From NCBI GenBank assembly GCA_043228905.1, contig JBHGNT010000014.1, positions 18,600,001 to 18,664,000 of the forward strand: a stretch of 64,000 bases of DNA, in the 5' to 3' direction. A program made the translations under genes and the position numbers. Positions 23,898-37,400 of the stretch are shown here, piece after piece. The DNA comes from Azolla caroliniana. Taxonomy: Eukaryota; Plantae; Polypodiophyta. Under the pieces are notes generated by a model. That model saw nothing but the letters and a program-made list of their open reading frames with translations. It did not search any database and was not told the origin of the DNA. Every line of letters starts with the position of its first letter. The first letter of the stretch is position 1.

Positions 23898-26704
23898 CAT
23901 GACACAAATCATGTCATTTGGTATCTCCAAGCTTTAAAGCCTATCAAATAACCGCTCTCTAGGTATTGTTTCAAAGGCTTGCCTTTCGGAAGTTTCCAAT
24001 ATAACAATATAACTTCTTCTTGCAGGCCTTTGAGAAGTTTCCAAAATAACAATATAACTTCTTCTTGCGAGCCTTTGTCTGGTCAATTAAGCATCTAGGT
24101 GTGAAAATACAGTCAATATTAGAGAAGGCTCGTCTAAATCCAACTTATTCAAGTGCTCGAAGACTTAAGGTCTCCATATAATCGTTGAACTCTACTTCCA
24201 TTGCTACAACATATAATTTTCCGAGTGTATGACCTATCATAATGGTCCTATATGTAGTTGGGTTCATGGGGTTCCCTCCTTTTGTATGGGGGCCAATGTG
24301 TTCATAGTCCACTATGGTGGAAAACCCTCGGCTAGGGCACAATTGAAGATTAGAGTTAAAAAGGGAGCTAGGCACTCTCATGCATATATGATGTGTTCTG
24401 CTCGCAATCTTGTGTGGTGCATGGACTTTCTATATTGTAATTTCTTTATGACCTTCGTGATCCTAAAGGTCATGAAAAGTGTCCCCATCGTAGGTCGAGG
24501 TGTAGAAGGCATGGGAATGGGTGGCTAGTTCGGGACTTGATAAAGTCTCTTTGTATATTTGTGCCAGGTGTTGGGATCCTCGATGGGTGTTTGTGGTCTT
24601 GGTTCCCGTAGTCTCTTCCATGCAGTGGTGCAATCGCTGCTCATGAGCATAGGGTAGAGTTCCCAATATTGAGATGTCTCCCACACTCGTCTCTTACAGT
24701 GTGTCCTTTAGCGCATTTCTTCGCGGGCCTATACTGAGGTAATAGTACCAATGAGTCACGATACATTAAGTTGTCTTTATAAGTCTCTACAATCCTCATC
24801 ATACCATCTATTTTGTGGCATAGACCCTATTCTTCCCTGATTGGAGTGTTTCGTTTATGGGAAACTACTAATTGTTGCAGAGTGAGGGATGTGTATGAGT
24901 TCCATAGTAAGGTTTTCTAAAGGCAAGGAGTAATCAAGAGAGTAGATGTAAGAGAGCTCATGTGTGAAATGTATTGTGGTGTGATGGCTTGGTTGACTAG
25001 AGTTTGTGGCATTGGAGATATGACATTTTAGCTCAGAGTATAAGAAGTTATGGTTCGTGCCAATAGGACATGGGGTTACTCGAAAGGAGTTAATCATGTA
25101 GATAGCTTTAGGGCGTCCTATTAGATAATCAATTATGCTTTCCCCTCCATGTGGGAAACATGTGAGCTCTTCCAAGCCCGACCACTTGGCTAAACCATTA
25201 TGTATGATCATCCGGTGCCGACTGCCAAGACACAAGCACTCAAGTGTAGGGCAAGTAAAAAAACCTAGACTTTGTTGCTCTTTCTCCTCTTCTTCTTGAA
25301 TTTCCCCACTTTAGATGTGAACTCCCTCTCTCTCTCTCTCTATTAAGATTCGTGTTATGTGTTTCCCTTTACACCTCACACTAATCACCTCTAGTGGAGA
25401 GATAGGGAAGAATAATAGGAAGAAGACAAATACAAAAATGACAAGGGTATGATGAATAAGAATGAGTAGGTAAGAAGGTTAAGAAAGATTAAACAAGCGA
25501 AAAATGTATTAATGAAAGATGAAATAAAGTAGTGTACTCCAAACTAGTTTTGCTCTAAATGAGTGAGCTCTTCAATGGACCTAAGTGCTTTCTCATAAAT
25601 ACAATCCATTATACATGAAACATTTTTGGGCCTTGTTCATGTACTATTGAAGAGAAAGGTGGGTACCATGCAATCGTTATAGGCTATAGCACATAAAAAA
25701 GGTATCATTCAGTGAGATTACCTTATCATATAGCCAAGGCATACCCTCATAGTTCCAATAAATTGACATAACAAGGAGATGCATATTGGAAGCACCAACA
25801 CAATAAGTCTAACCCTTCTAGAATTTGTGCATCAAAGTAACACATAGAACGAGATCACTCGCCAAGGCATAGCCTCATAATTCCAATCAATCAACATAAC
25901 AGGGATATACATATTGGAAGCACTAGGACAATAAATATAGCCCTTCAAGAATTTGTGCATCAAAATAATACATATAAACCAAATCATCTCGTGAGATTAC
26001 ATCACGATAAAAAAAACTGATATATCCATAATCGATATACCATGGAGGCACATATAAGTCGTGAACATCTAATATGTACATAAATCATATATCATAGAGA
26101 TAGGAAGACCAATACCTAATTCATATATCATTGAGACATGATAAGTTGTCGACACATAATCCATACATAAATCACATTCCAAACATAAGCGGAGAAACGT
26201 TAGAACATATGGAAATTTAAACTACATGAAAGGTCGTGCAATTCCATTTTTGATATTCCAATATACAGGTTAACACTTGCAAATTCAAATTTCACTAAAA
26301 TTTCCCCATACTTTGGTGTTGGCACGGGAGTCTCTACGTGCTACATAAATCATCAACTTTGCAGTCAGAAAAGAAATCACAAAAACATTAGCAATACAAA
26401 CCTGCCATCAAATTGATATCAATGGATAAACAACGCATATTCTCCATGTTCACATTTTTTAGACAATACTCTAGCATTTTCTAACATAAACCCAATTTGA
26501 GAAACACATCCAATCTTCTAAAATTTGAGTTGAATGTCACAATTTTTGGGCATCCTAACTTGCAATTCATTTCAATCTTAACATATTCTATGTAGTATTT
26601 TTTATGTAGTATCCTAACCTCTTGGTCGATAACATAGCCTAGATACCTACTTGCATTGAGTAGAAAGTAAGAGAGGATATCTATGTAGTCTCATATTCTC
26701 GTAA

Positions 26705-27527
26705 TGTAGAATATACATTTGTATTTAAGGAGAATTTAATCCGCTTTATTTTTCGAAGAAAAAGATCAATAATTACATTAAATCTGAATAAGGCACTCTC
26801 TGGCTATAAAATGAGGGGGAGACGACACATTTTGTTCCTTCTTCTAGTTTTGGGTTTTGGAAGTTTTTTGTTCTTTGATTTTGTTTTTTTTTTCGGGTTA
26901 CTTTAGTTTCTTGGTGTCTTTTCTTCCCGACTCTTCTTTGTTTAGAGTTTGGCATTTTGGAGGAGGACCTTTGAACACTTGTTGTTCGTCTTTCGACATT
27001 TGAAGCTCGACTTCAAGATTTTGGCGTGAAGGTATACCGTTCCTTCACTTCTCCTTTTCGGTCTCCTCTTCCCCTTAGGTGGTTAAGGGCTCTCTCACAT
27101 CATCGAACTCGTTATGTACCAACATAAAAGGGGAGTTTGGCTAGCATGTATACTGGCCGTTTGACGGGAGGACGGAGTGGTCGAGAACACCACTCCGAAC
27201 CGAGGTATCGTAGCTATTGGAAGTAGTCACAATTGACAATCCACTTGACTCCCCATCACCAAAAGCTTCAACCCTCCCCTATTTTCATTTTTGATTTATT
27301 TAGCAGTTAATTTTTAGTTGCCACCATTGTAATCAATCATCTCAAGCTTTTTAACCCTATCTTTTAAAGGGATTTTCTTGCTTAATCTAGTGTTTTGACC
27401 TATAAAAAAAGAGAGGCTTCTTTGGTCTCAATGTTGTGTAAACCCTTTATAATCTTGTGTTCATAATATTAATCCAATGTTTTGACCTTAACATTGCGTG
27501 TTTATCACAGAACTATCGTTCTCTACA
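26705..27527 (+). mobile_element. Possible solo-LTR-like repeat
   Basis: TGTAGA...TCTACA ends and an internal CTATAAAA followed by a CT-rich leader. It starts near where ceQORH homology stops. No TSD found. Confidence 0.35.
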
Positions 27528-28482
27528 ATTATTGTGTACGTTCGTGTCATAGGAGATTTAGACTTGTGGGAGCTTTTTAATCCCTTACGATGTGCCCTTC
27601 TTAGTCCTCGTGCCCTCAATAATCCAAGACCCTTGCGATCTTGCTCAAGTAGGCACACATGCGCGTTTATGCAATGGAGGGGCGAGTATGATGAAAAACT
27701 CGAAGCTATATATGTACGTGGAAGTAATAATCGAAAACACTTTGAAGTTTAATTGAAATACATAGCTTTTCTTTATAAACATTTTTAGTTGACATTCCAT
27801 CACATATTGGGATTTGTTCTCTAAAGAGGACGAGAGACACATGCCCTCCTTCCCTCCAGGAGAACAAATAAAGAAGAGACGGAGTTGATTGATCATTGGG
27901 TCATGGCCACGTGTGGGAGGCTTCTTCTTTTTTCTTTTTCCCAAAACAGGTGGGAGCCTTTTTTGTCCATCGTCTCTTTTTCCGGAAAAATCGCATGTTT
28001 ATTATGTACGAAAGTAATACAATAACCATTTGGTTAAGTGCGTGTCCACTTAAGTGTGTTTTCTTATGAAGGCTAGATTCCAGATTAAAAAAATGTCTAC
28101 ATTGTTTAATGATGAAGTTAAATCATGATCAAACCAAACAAACTATGTTCCGGACAATAAAAAAACAACGATATCATCAACAAAATTTAGATGTCTTTAA
28201 GTCTTTCTTTATATTCATACCAAAATCATGTGAGATCATTTGCCTACTATTTGAAAATGAACAGAAGTTTGTTCAATTTAGAATTGCAATGTTTGGAAAC
28301 AATTGCTACATTCTGAAATTTATGTTACAATTATATATTGAGAGAACATGCTTTACATTCTGAAATTTATGTTACAATTATATGTATATTGAGAAAACAT
28401 GCTTTACAGTATGATACACTCAAGCTCCCCATCCAATCCAATGCGGACCTGAAGCATATGATAAGTTTCTGTGTGTGTGGCT

Positions 28483-31400
28483 ATGGCAAGCACCAAGCTC
28501 ATGCAAGCTCTCCAGTATTCGTCCTTTGGAGGAGGCGCTTGTTCTCTCAAGGTAGAATTCGTACTCATTCTCTTAATTACGTTGTTCATCTTATGTTTTC
28601 CTTTCTTGTTCCTCTTCCGTCTAGCTCTTTTTCAACAGAGACGCTTACAGCTAGAAATCACTGTAGCGCTTCTGAAATCTCCCAGAAAACATAGTGTCAG
28701 GTGTGCTTTTTAATAGATATTACACACAATTGCTTCTCTAGGCTCTACGTTTTGTAGCAGAAATGGTAGAATGCTGCATTGTGGATCTAGAATGTGGCAC
28801 TCTAATACGATGATTTTTTAATTCTGTGACACGCTTGTATGATGGTTTTAGAATCTGTTTTGAAGTTTCGTAGGGTTTCAACAGAAAGATATGCAATACT
28901 ACACTGTAAATTTTTAACAGGAGAAACGATGGTTCTAGAATCTGGAAATAGATGTCCAGGGTTTCAACTTGAGATGATACAATACTCACTGTGATTTATG
29001 AAGCTTGAACAGCAATATGATCCTTAAACGAAGAGGGCTAAAGAAAACCTACTATCGTTACCTAATCAGAAATGCTACCAGAGATGTTTGAATGCTATGC
29101 TTTGCCTTTTCAAGTTTAAATAGTAATAGAATGGCTCTAGATCTATGAAGAAAATGTATAGTAGAAATTTTAACGAAAATATTAGCTAGGTTATCCTTGT
29201 CTAGGTTTGTGACAGCAAATGAATGTTTACGTTAGAAAATGTGATTTTGTTGCCAAAAAGATTTGGCTTCCAGGTATTTAATCAGAAACATTTGCTACTT
29301 TTACAGGAGAAATGCAAGAACACTATACAGAAACCGTGATTTTGAACTACGCAGAAACGTTGCTAGTGCATCTGTTATTTCTGTATAGGTTTTCAACAGA
29401 AAGGTTAGATTATTGTGTGCATACACTTTCTTAGTATATTTTTTCAGCGGAAAATTTACTTAGAAACTATGAACCCGAAATTCAAATAGAAATAGTTCTG
29501 CTGCTCTCAAGGCACACCTGAACTCGTTTTGATAGTATAGTCTGTTGGCAGAAATTTGATTTTTGTTTTTCCAGTTTAGATTTTCCACAGAAATAGTAGA
29601 ATACAACCGAGAAACTGTGATCTTCCAGTTTAGACTGTGAAGGTAGCATCTCTTGTGTTTTGTGATACATTTATTTCTATCTGATTTATATACCATCTCC
29701 CTCTCCATAATCTCATTTATACTTTTTTCTTATGTTATGTCTGGATTTAGACAAGTTGTGAGAAAAATCATTTATGTGATCTCATTTCTGGCTGGATATG
29801 TTGGTGATTTAAGTAGCACATAGAGATTTCTGTTGCAACAGCACGTTTTGGTTCTCATGCGTATTTTTTCCTATTTTATGTCTAGATTTAAGTAAAAATG
29901 TTGTTCATGTAGCAGAAAATTCTTTCCTGATTGGACGTGTCATGGATTTGTATGTAGCATGTAGAGATTCCTGTGCCAACACCCAACACCCAAGGCTGGA
30001 GAAATCTTGGTAAAGATTGAAGCTGCGAGTGTTAACCCGGTAGGTTGGAAGATATTGTTGGATAACAGATATAGAGGGGAAACTGGGCCCCTTTCTTGCC
30101 CTGTAGACTTCCATATATCCCAGGTATCCTTTATTTGGAATACATGGATTGTGTATATATGTTTGTCATCACTGCATTATGTTATGTCAGTCCTGCACAC
30201 ATTGGGAGAGGAAGAATTATTGTTCTTATGGTTATTTTGTTTCTATAAATGGTTCAACATACTTTAAAAGAGGCAAAATGCATTGCCCTTGCTCTCTAAG
30301 GCATGCAATTCCTATTTATGTTGATGGATGGAACTACGAGGGTACTAACTCGTGTTAACTCAAGGCAGAAAGCATGTGCTGCTATTGGTATCTATGGGGC
30401 ATATTGAATGAATTCATGCCAAGGCAAAAGACAAAATTCATGTGTTGCTTCAGCAGGTCTATGCTGACATTATAAATATATTCCATGAAAAAGGCAAGAG
30501 CTTTATGCGATGTTTGAGTGTTTATTAGATCTACTTGCTTTCAGCATATATGTTGAGTATATCATATAAGAACGTTGTGTTGTACACTAGTTATTTATGA
30601 GGCTAACGTGCTTGATTGAAGCTTCACTCTTATGAACTTAGATTGACTTGAAATGGATAATCAAGTGTATGCTAGGCACAAGGCAGTTGACAAAATCTAT
30701 GCTCTCACTTCTAACAAAATCTCTAGTCTTAAGTGACATTGTTGCCTATTAAGGTTGGATTATAAGCTTTGGCTCCCTAATCTCTATCAGTGTCATTCAT
30801 TCACTTGCCCAGATCTCATACTTTGATAGATGTCTGCATTGAAATGATTGAAGTGTGTACCTGATTTTCCAGGAAACATTAACTAGTTTTTTATACCAAC
30901 AACCAAGTCATTATAAATTAATTAGGTTTATTTGATGTTTTTCAGGAACGGACATTGCAGGGGAGGTTGTTTCAGTTGGTCCTGGAGTGAACACATTCTC
31001 AGTTGGAGACAAAATTATGAGTTTTCTTGATCTCATGGTAATGTATTGTAAATGAAATCTTTAAATTTTATCTTCTTTGCTAGCATTATCTTACGAAAGG
31101 CGACGATATGGTTGTCAAAAATGAATGTGTACAGCCATTTGTACTGATCTCAAGGACGTTAAACATTAGCCCCATCACTTTTGGCTTGTATCTGTGTCCT
31201 TATGGTAATTAATCAAGCTTGCCCACTTGGATGCAACACCATTACATTTATAGAAGCTTGTATAATTTGTAGTGGACATAGAAGGCAGTACTTGTTTCTG
31301 ATTGGCTATCTTTTGTACCCAGAAAGGAGGTTCACTTGCAGAGTTTGCTTTTGCTATCCCCAAATACACTGTGAAAAGACCACAAGGGGTCTCTGCCATA

Positions 31401-32343
31401 GAGGATGCTCTCTTCCTGTTGCTGGTATGTCTGCCTTATAAGCCATTCGTAATTTGAATGGACCTTGTATAAAACTTGATGGAGCAAGTAAAGCCAATCT
31501 TCTCATTACTGCTGCATCAGGTGGTGTTGGCACATATGCCATTCAGGTTAGCATATCACTTCAATCCAAGCTACATTTGGCGCCCTCCAGCGAAGCTTTA
31601 GTAGCCTATGCAAATTAAAGTTCTCAATGTTTGTTTCACCATACAAGCTACTAGCTAGACACATACCTTAAAAATACAACAAAAAGAGAATTTTAACTAG
31701 TTAATGCTGTCGTTAAAATCTGTAATACTTTTTTATTTCTTTGGTTTTTAGGTGCCAGAGAATATAGGTGTCACAATGTTAGAGAATATCATAAAGTGCC
31801 AGATGGTAACACTATAAATTTACAGAATAGCTCTAAATTCGAATGGGATTTGGGTATGATTTATATCTCCAACAAAGATGTGGAGGAATATTCTTAGATT
31901 GCAAAGCTTACTGGGGCACACATGACAGCTACCTGTCAAGCGCGAAATATCGAACTACTAAAGAGTCTTGGCGCTGCTGAGATATTGGACTATAAAATGC
32001 CAGAAAGAGACACCTTGAAGATATCGTGCGACAGGCATCCCATGGTCTAAATTTAGCTCTAACCTCTTGCCTAATGGCAAAGTTATAGACCTTACCCCAG
32101 ATTTCAAATCAATTATATGCACAATTTTCAAGAACACCATTTTTGAAGCAGAAGCTTGTTCTTTTCATGCTATCACCAAATGCAAAAGATTTCAAGTTAC
32201 TGGGTGATTTGGTGAAAGATGGGAAATGAAGAACTATTGTGTATTAACAATATCTTTTGGCAAAGGCAGAAGAAGCATGGGTTAGAAGTATAGCGGGACA
32301 TTCTACAGGAAAAGCAGTGAACCTTCAAGATGTTTGGAAGTAG
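28483..32343 (+). pseudogene. ceQORH paralog, unprocessed pseudogene, head-to-head with the intact copy
   Basis: Same five exons (28483-28551, 29958-30123, 30946-31037, 31323-31546, 31898 to about 32343). Lesions: 7-nt duplication CAACACC in exon 2, 1-nt deletion and TAA in exon 4, a deletion of about 40 nt and a TGA in exon 5. Confidence 0.9.
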
Positions 32344-33672
32344 AGAACGAATATGTGTAAATGTTTGTAAATTGGCTTATCCTAACATTCTTTGTGAGTT
32401 TTTACATAAGGTGGAATTCCAGGATGTATGCAATGAAGGTCCTTAAATGGGAGCTTATCAGGTTGATTTCCTGTATGTTTCCAACAAATTGTTGAAATGT
32501 TTCACATAATTCATTCTTAGGTGTTCTATGATATTATTGCATTTACATTTTTAATGTGTTGGTCTTCCATCCTAAATTCATTTTTTAGTACATACTATGT
32601 TGTGTTGGTTTCTTTAATTCGTGCTTTTCTTTGATCAATTTAATACTATATCTTACCTTTGTTCAGTGCTAAAAATACTCCATGCATAAGCAAACACTTC
32701 ATACCTACGATTCATTTGAAACATTCAAGCATATGCAAACCAATCAGTAGGCCCTGCATCCTATGCATTAATAGTGCTGACATTGGATTTACTAGCCTGC
32801 CAACAAAAAACAGTAATTCATGAATTTCATACTTACAAACAACACAATGCACATTCCAGCATTCGGTACTCATATTGCATCCAATAACCTGGTACTAGAC
32901 AAATGATATACTAGAAGTAATAGTAATAGACAATCCGAGAGGTTCAGTAATAAAAAAACATTGAATAATTATGTTAAATGACAATAGAGCTTCATACAGA
33001 AAGAAAGTTACATTAACATATATTCCATTGAAGTTGCAAACCATAAGCTTGTTAATAATCAGCTTGTTTTGTACCAAGCTTGTTAAATGTCTATGGAATT
33101 GGTCTTGGTAAAATACTGCAATAATTTTGCAAGCAAATAAAGGGCAAACAATAGAATGCTGCCAACAATTTTATGCAATTTGGAGTGAAATGCTTCTAAT
33201 TGGAGCTTGGTAGCTCTAACCATTAATAACAAAATGACTTATGATTGATGATTTATAAAGTCTTATAAAAACAAGTGTAGACACGCATCATCATCCATGC
33301 ATTTAAGTAAGTGAAGAGACTTTCCATGGCATTGCATTCCCAGAAGTGAGATACACTTTCCACTTTCTCATCGTTTTATCCACCCTGACAGAATGTTGTC
33401 TTGAAAACCAACAATCCCCCTAGGATCATGTCTTTAAAGCCCCCCCTTCCCCCATTGCATTAATGAGCTTTGCAGCACAAACCGTCTTAAAATGGCTGTG
33501 AACCACTCATATGTGCTTGTCATCTAATCGAATCAGAAAAGACTTCAAGGTCTTTCACAGACAATGACATTTTCTCCAGCAGGGATGACAATAAATGGCC
33601 AATACTAGAAAAAACTCTTGTTCAGATACCTTCTGGCCTACAGCATATTTCTATTGTGCAAAAATAAGTGTT

Positions 33673-34396
33673 TCATAGCCCAACCCAATAAGACCGACCA
33701 TTTGGGTTATGAACTGGAGAAACATAGGGAGCACTGACTGCCCACTCATACCACACCTAAAACAAAATGCAGCAGTTAATATTCATCACAAGGATACCAA
33801 CAAAACAAAGAAAATTCCCTTACCTTCGATGGGCTAACACATCGCCAAAAGTGAACCTCCATTACACTCCCAGCAGGGACATAAATTGGCTGCCTGACTG
33901 GGAAGTATATTGCAAACCTACAGCATAACGGAAGACAATGATCTCTTCTTTATTCTACAAAATTCTGTATTACTGTAAAAATTGATGCTTAATTTGTGTT
34001 TATAACTAATTCGTACAATTTAACAGTGTGATCAGTGACATTCGTTTCCGTTAGCAGCTTAAAATGAACCAGCAGATAACTGCTAACTTGTCTATGCAGA
34101 AGATGACTCACCAAAAGAATGTGGGAGAAACACGCGAGTCAAACTGGTGCTTCACAGTGTCACACGATATACGATCATGCTAAATGTAACTCAAGAATAT
34201 CTTTTAGAACTTTACTTGCTACAACCTTGGGATTCACAATGCTTCCAATAACTACAAATGTACATTATCACACAAATATGTCATCCTGCCAAGCTAAATG
34301 TAATCAGGAATATCTTTTAGCAGATTGGCAAGTAGGAAAGATTGTGGATGATCCAGGGGAAGAATAAGATTTCAGTTTTAGGTAGAGGGAGGGAGG

Positions 34397-34480
<84 letters not shown>

Positions 34481-37400
34481 TAAGCAGTAGCACCAAAATG
34501 AACAAAAATAAGTAAAAATCTTATACTTTGACTTTATAGTACTTTTACGTTTTTGGTATTTACATCTCTACCCACGGACTTCCTCACTTGTTTTGTGCTG
34601 CTCCCCATTTCCACCTTCAAGATCCACAATGTCTCCAAAAAGGAAGGATGAATGTTCATAATCAAGGGTATATGTATGTGATGCATCTTGTGGTACACAA
34701 CTTCATTTAGTGTCAGCATATGGCTCTGGATGCCTCTCATAAGTGTGCATTAACAATTGATACACAAGTCTGCCATACAAAATGCTTGTACCGTGAAGTG
34801 TGCATGACTAAGCGTACAGATACGCAAGAAAATTTGTCAATTGAGGGTTTGAAAATTATCCGTATGTTCCTGGAAGCTAATACCTTCATTAAATGCTCAA
34901 TTTTACATTTGATATCAGAGGGGGAGAAGAAATCCTTGATTTGCTCAAATCCAGTATTCTTTGCATATTCAAGGTCTGCCCTTCTATATCGTTTTGATTT
35001 CTTGAAATATGTGAGTAAACTAGAACCAGAAATTTATATGTGAGTAAACTAGACGAAAGATTCACAGGCTTTACGAAAGATTACCAACTGAACATGTCTG
35101 GTGTGGCTGTTGAAGGTTCAATGCCTAGATGAATGTCCTTATAAAGTACAGAGTCAAAATACCCAGCAAATCCTGCATTTGAGAGCATTAAGTTTAAATC
35201 ATAATGTTTAATCAAATTCAGTACATTACGAACCAAAAGCTTTGAGATTACCATGCACTAGAGCTGAACCAGTATCCCCAGAAAATTCAAAGATGAGCTT
35301 CTTATACCGTCGATTATCTTGATTTGCAGCTCTGTTTGGATGTGTGAAAGTGAAAACCTAATTTTTTCCACCATTAATTTTGGACACTATCAATATATGG
35401 TGAGAAAACACAGAAAACTGAAGTATAAATAAGACAAGTTCTCACTGGCTGTGGAGAAGTCAAATTTGACACGCTGTGGAGCTTAACTACATAAGCTGTC
35501 TCAAAATGTGCGAGGTCATTATATGATTTTACCTGAAAGAATGTAAAGAGCACTTAGTTTTTCCTCTATAGGCAACCCTATAATTGGCAAGTGCTACAGA
35601 AAACAGAAGAATTCAGAAACTCATACATCTTTATGAAGTTTAGAAGCAGTAATCGGTGCAAGAAAACTTGTATACCTGTAGATAAAGCTCCATAATTAAT
35701 GGTTTAATTCTTACTAAGTAAAGAAACAAAAATAAGAATCTTCCTCACTCGCTAGGTATTGAAATACCATCGTCCTTGAGAAATCGTTGTGCACCATCTA
35801 AACATTCAGGAGAGAGTTCATTGTCACCAAAGGATCCAAGCAGCTCACTGACCTGCACACTAGAAACATGATCCTCTTTCCTTCACCAAAACCAAGACCC
35901 GTTCCTACTACAGAGAACAATAATTCAGACCAGTATATCTGCCTTCTCAGGTGCATTCCAACTGCGCATATCAGAAGAAACTATCGTGACGATATCTTGC
36001 CATCCTTCAAGCTTTACCAAATTCTGTTAATAACAACCGAATTCAAATTTTAATAACTGTCACATTTACATCAACACTTTAAAATTACCTCCTCACAAAG
36101 TATTGAAATCTCAAAAGCCTAAGAAAATAGAGAACAAACAGATGATCCTATAAAAAAAATGCCAGACTCACATGAAGTGTGACAACTGCATTTGGATTCT
36201 TTTCGACTGCATAAATGCGTAGATTTCTTCCAGTTTCTTTTGCTGCCTAAAAGTTTGAAACCAATGTCTGAAAACAGCACATACTACAATAATAATAATA
36301 ACTTGATACAGAATAATTCAATGTTGTACGCCATCATCTTCTGTGAGAATAATACTATATGCCAAGATTTGCTATACACAAACAAAAACCTCGAGATGTT
36401 ACACATTTCATTACTGCTGGAACACAAAAATACTTCATATCCTTTGTTTTGACAAAATTTGGGTAATGTGTTTGAATCTTTGAAGAATTCTGCCAGCTAA
36501 GTTGCAAGATCAAATATATAATTGTCAGATATTACAGTTTAGTTGGTAGGCACCTTATTATGCTTAGCCGTTTTAAGACACAAACACAATATACTTTACC
36601 AATATTCAGTTACTCAACCTATTTTGTTGACAAAGCATTTTCAAGATCAAATGTTTCCACATAATGTGGTATACATACTTGTAAGGACGCACGGACCAGT
36701 GGCCCTCTACCAGCCCCAACAACCATGAGCACCTGAAACTTTCAACTATAAGAAGTGGAAAAATAAATTGAAATATTTACTGTAAAAAATCTCTACAATT
36801 GTTACATAAGAAAGTTAGATCTCGTAAGTTAGATATATAGAGATGGTAACATAAAATGTACAACAAAAAGATTATTATATAATAAAAGTATGATCAGTGT
36901 ATGTCAGCAACTATACTCTTTAATCAAAAACAACTTTCATTCATGTTAATGTCACTGACGATGTCATTTGAATCATCACCCATTCTCAATTTATTAATCT
37001 ACTAAAAATTCTATAACCATATAATCTAACTGATAGTAACTGAGAAATAGTTGAGGAGAAGATATCAATATAGCATCTCTCAAAGGTTTTGCACATTTAC
37101 AAGAACCAGTAAATAATCCCAAATCTTAATACTTCACTAGTTCTAGCATTTTCTCATATGCATCGAGTATTAATAAATTTGGAACAGTGTTTTAATTATG
37201 TATTTTCATTTATCCACCTTATTCTGATCACTTCCTCTGGGCTCCTCTTCACCCTGCCCCTTTATTTCAAACACTCCTTCCCATGCCCATTCATATTCCC
37301 TGCTATGTGTATACTTCACATCTATATATGTCACAGTTTATTCAAATACCTTCGGTGGATGAAATTTGAGTAACCACAATTAATAGAAAAATACCCCAAA

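Larger units (their letters stand above)
22482..23904 (-). mobile_element. Truncated Ty3/gypsy (Tcn1/Tf1-sushi-like chromovirus): 5-prime LTR, PBS and gag fragment
   Basis: LTR TGTCATG (23904) to CCTGACA (22967). Gag on the minus strand at about 22850-22485 reads LRQGDRPTSTYVADFRLLAFDIPWDDQELMEQF.YGLRNDVKNLLLTFPEEPKSL..VRCDNRLFER..PTPM. LINE RT sequence resumes on both sides. Confidence 0.85.
20537..25228 (-). mobile_element. RTE-X/L2-like non-LTR retrotransposon, 5-prime truncated and degenerate, with nested gypsy fragment
   Basis: Endonuclease end (IHNGL..TCFPHGGESIIDYLIG), RT (TYRTIMIGHTLGKLY; NTIGVKQGCP) and C-terminal LRISSHQLEIENG..REERICRLC..EDEHHF..CPTY. It ends in a (CTTT)n-type tail rather than poly-A. 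Clade assignment is from motif recall only. Confidence 0.8.
20376..26640 (-). pseudogene. Partial ceQORH duplicate (intron 2, degenerate exon 2, part of intron 1), split by the LINE at 20537-25228
   Basis: 20376-20536 matches 16660-16808 and 25229-26640 matches about 16806-18000. The exon-2 remnant at about 26200-26342 reads HVETPVPTPKYGEILVKFEFASV with indels. Confidence 0.85.
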
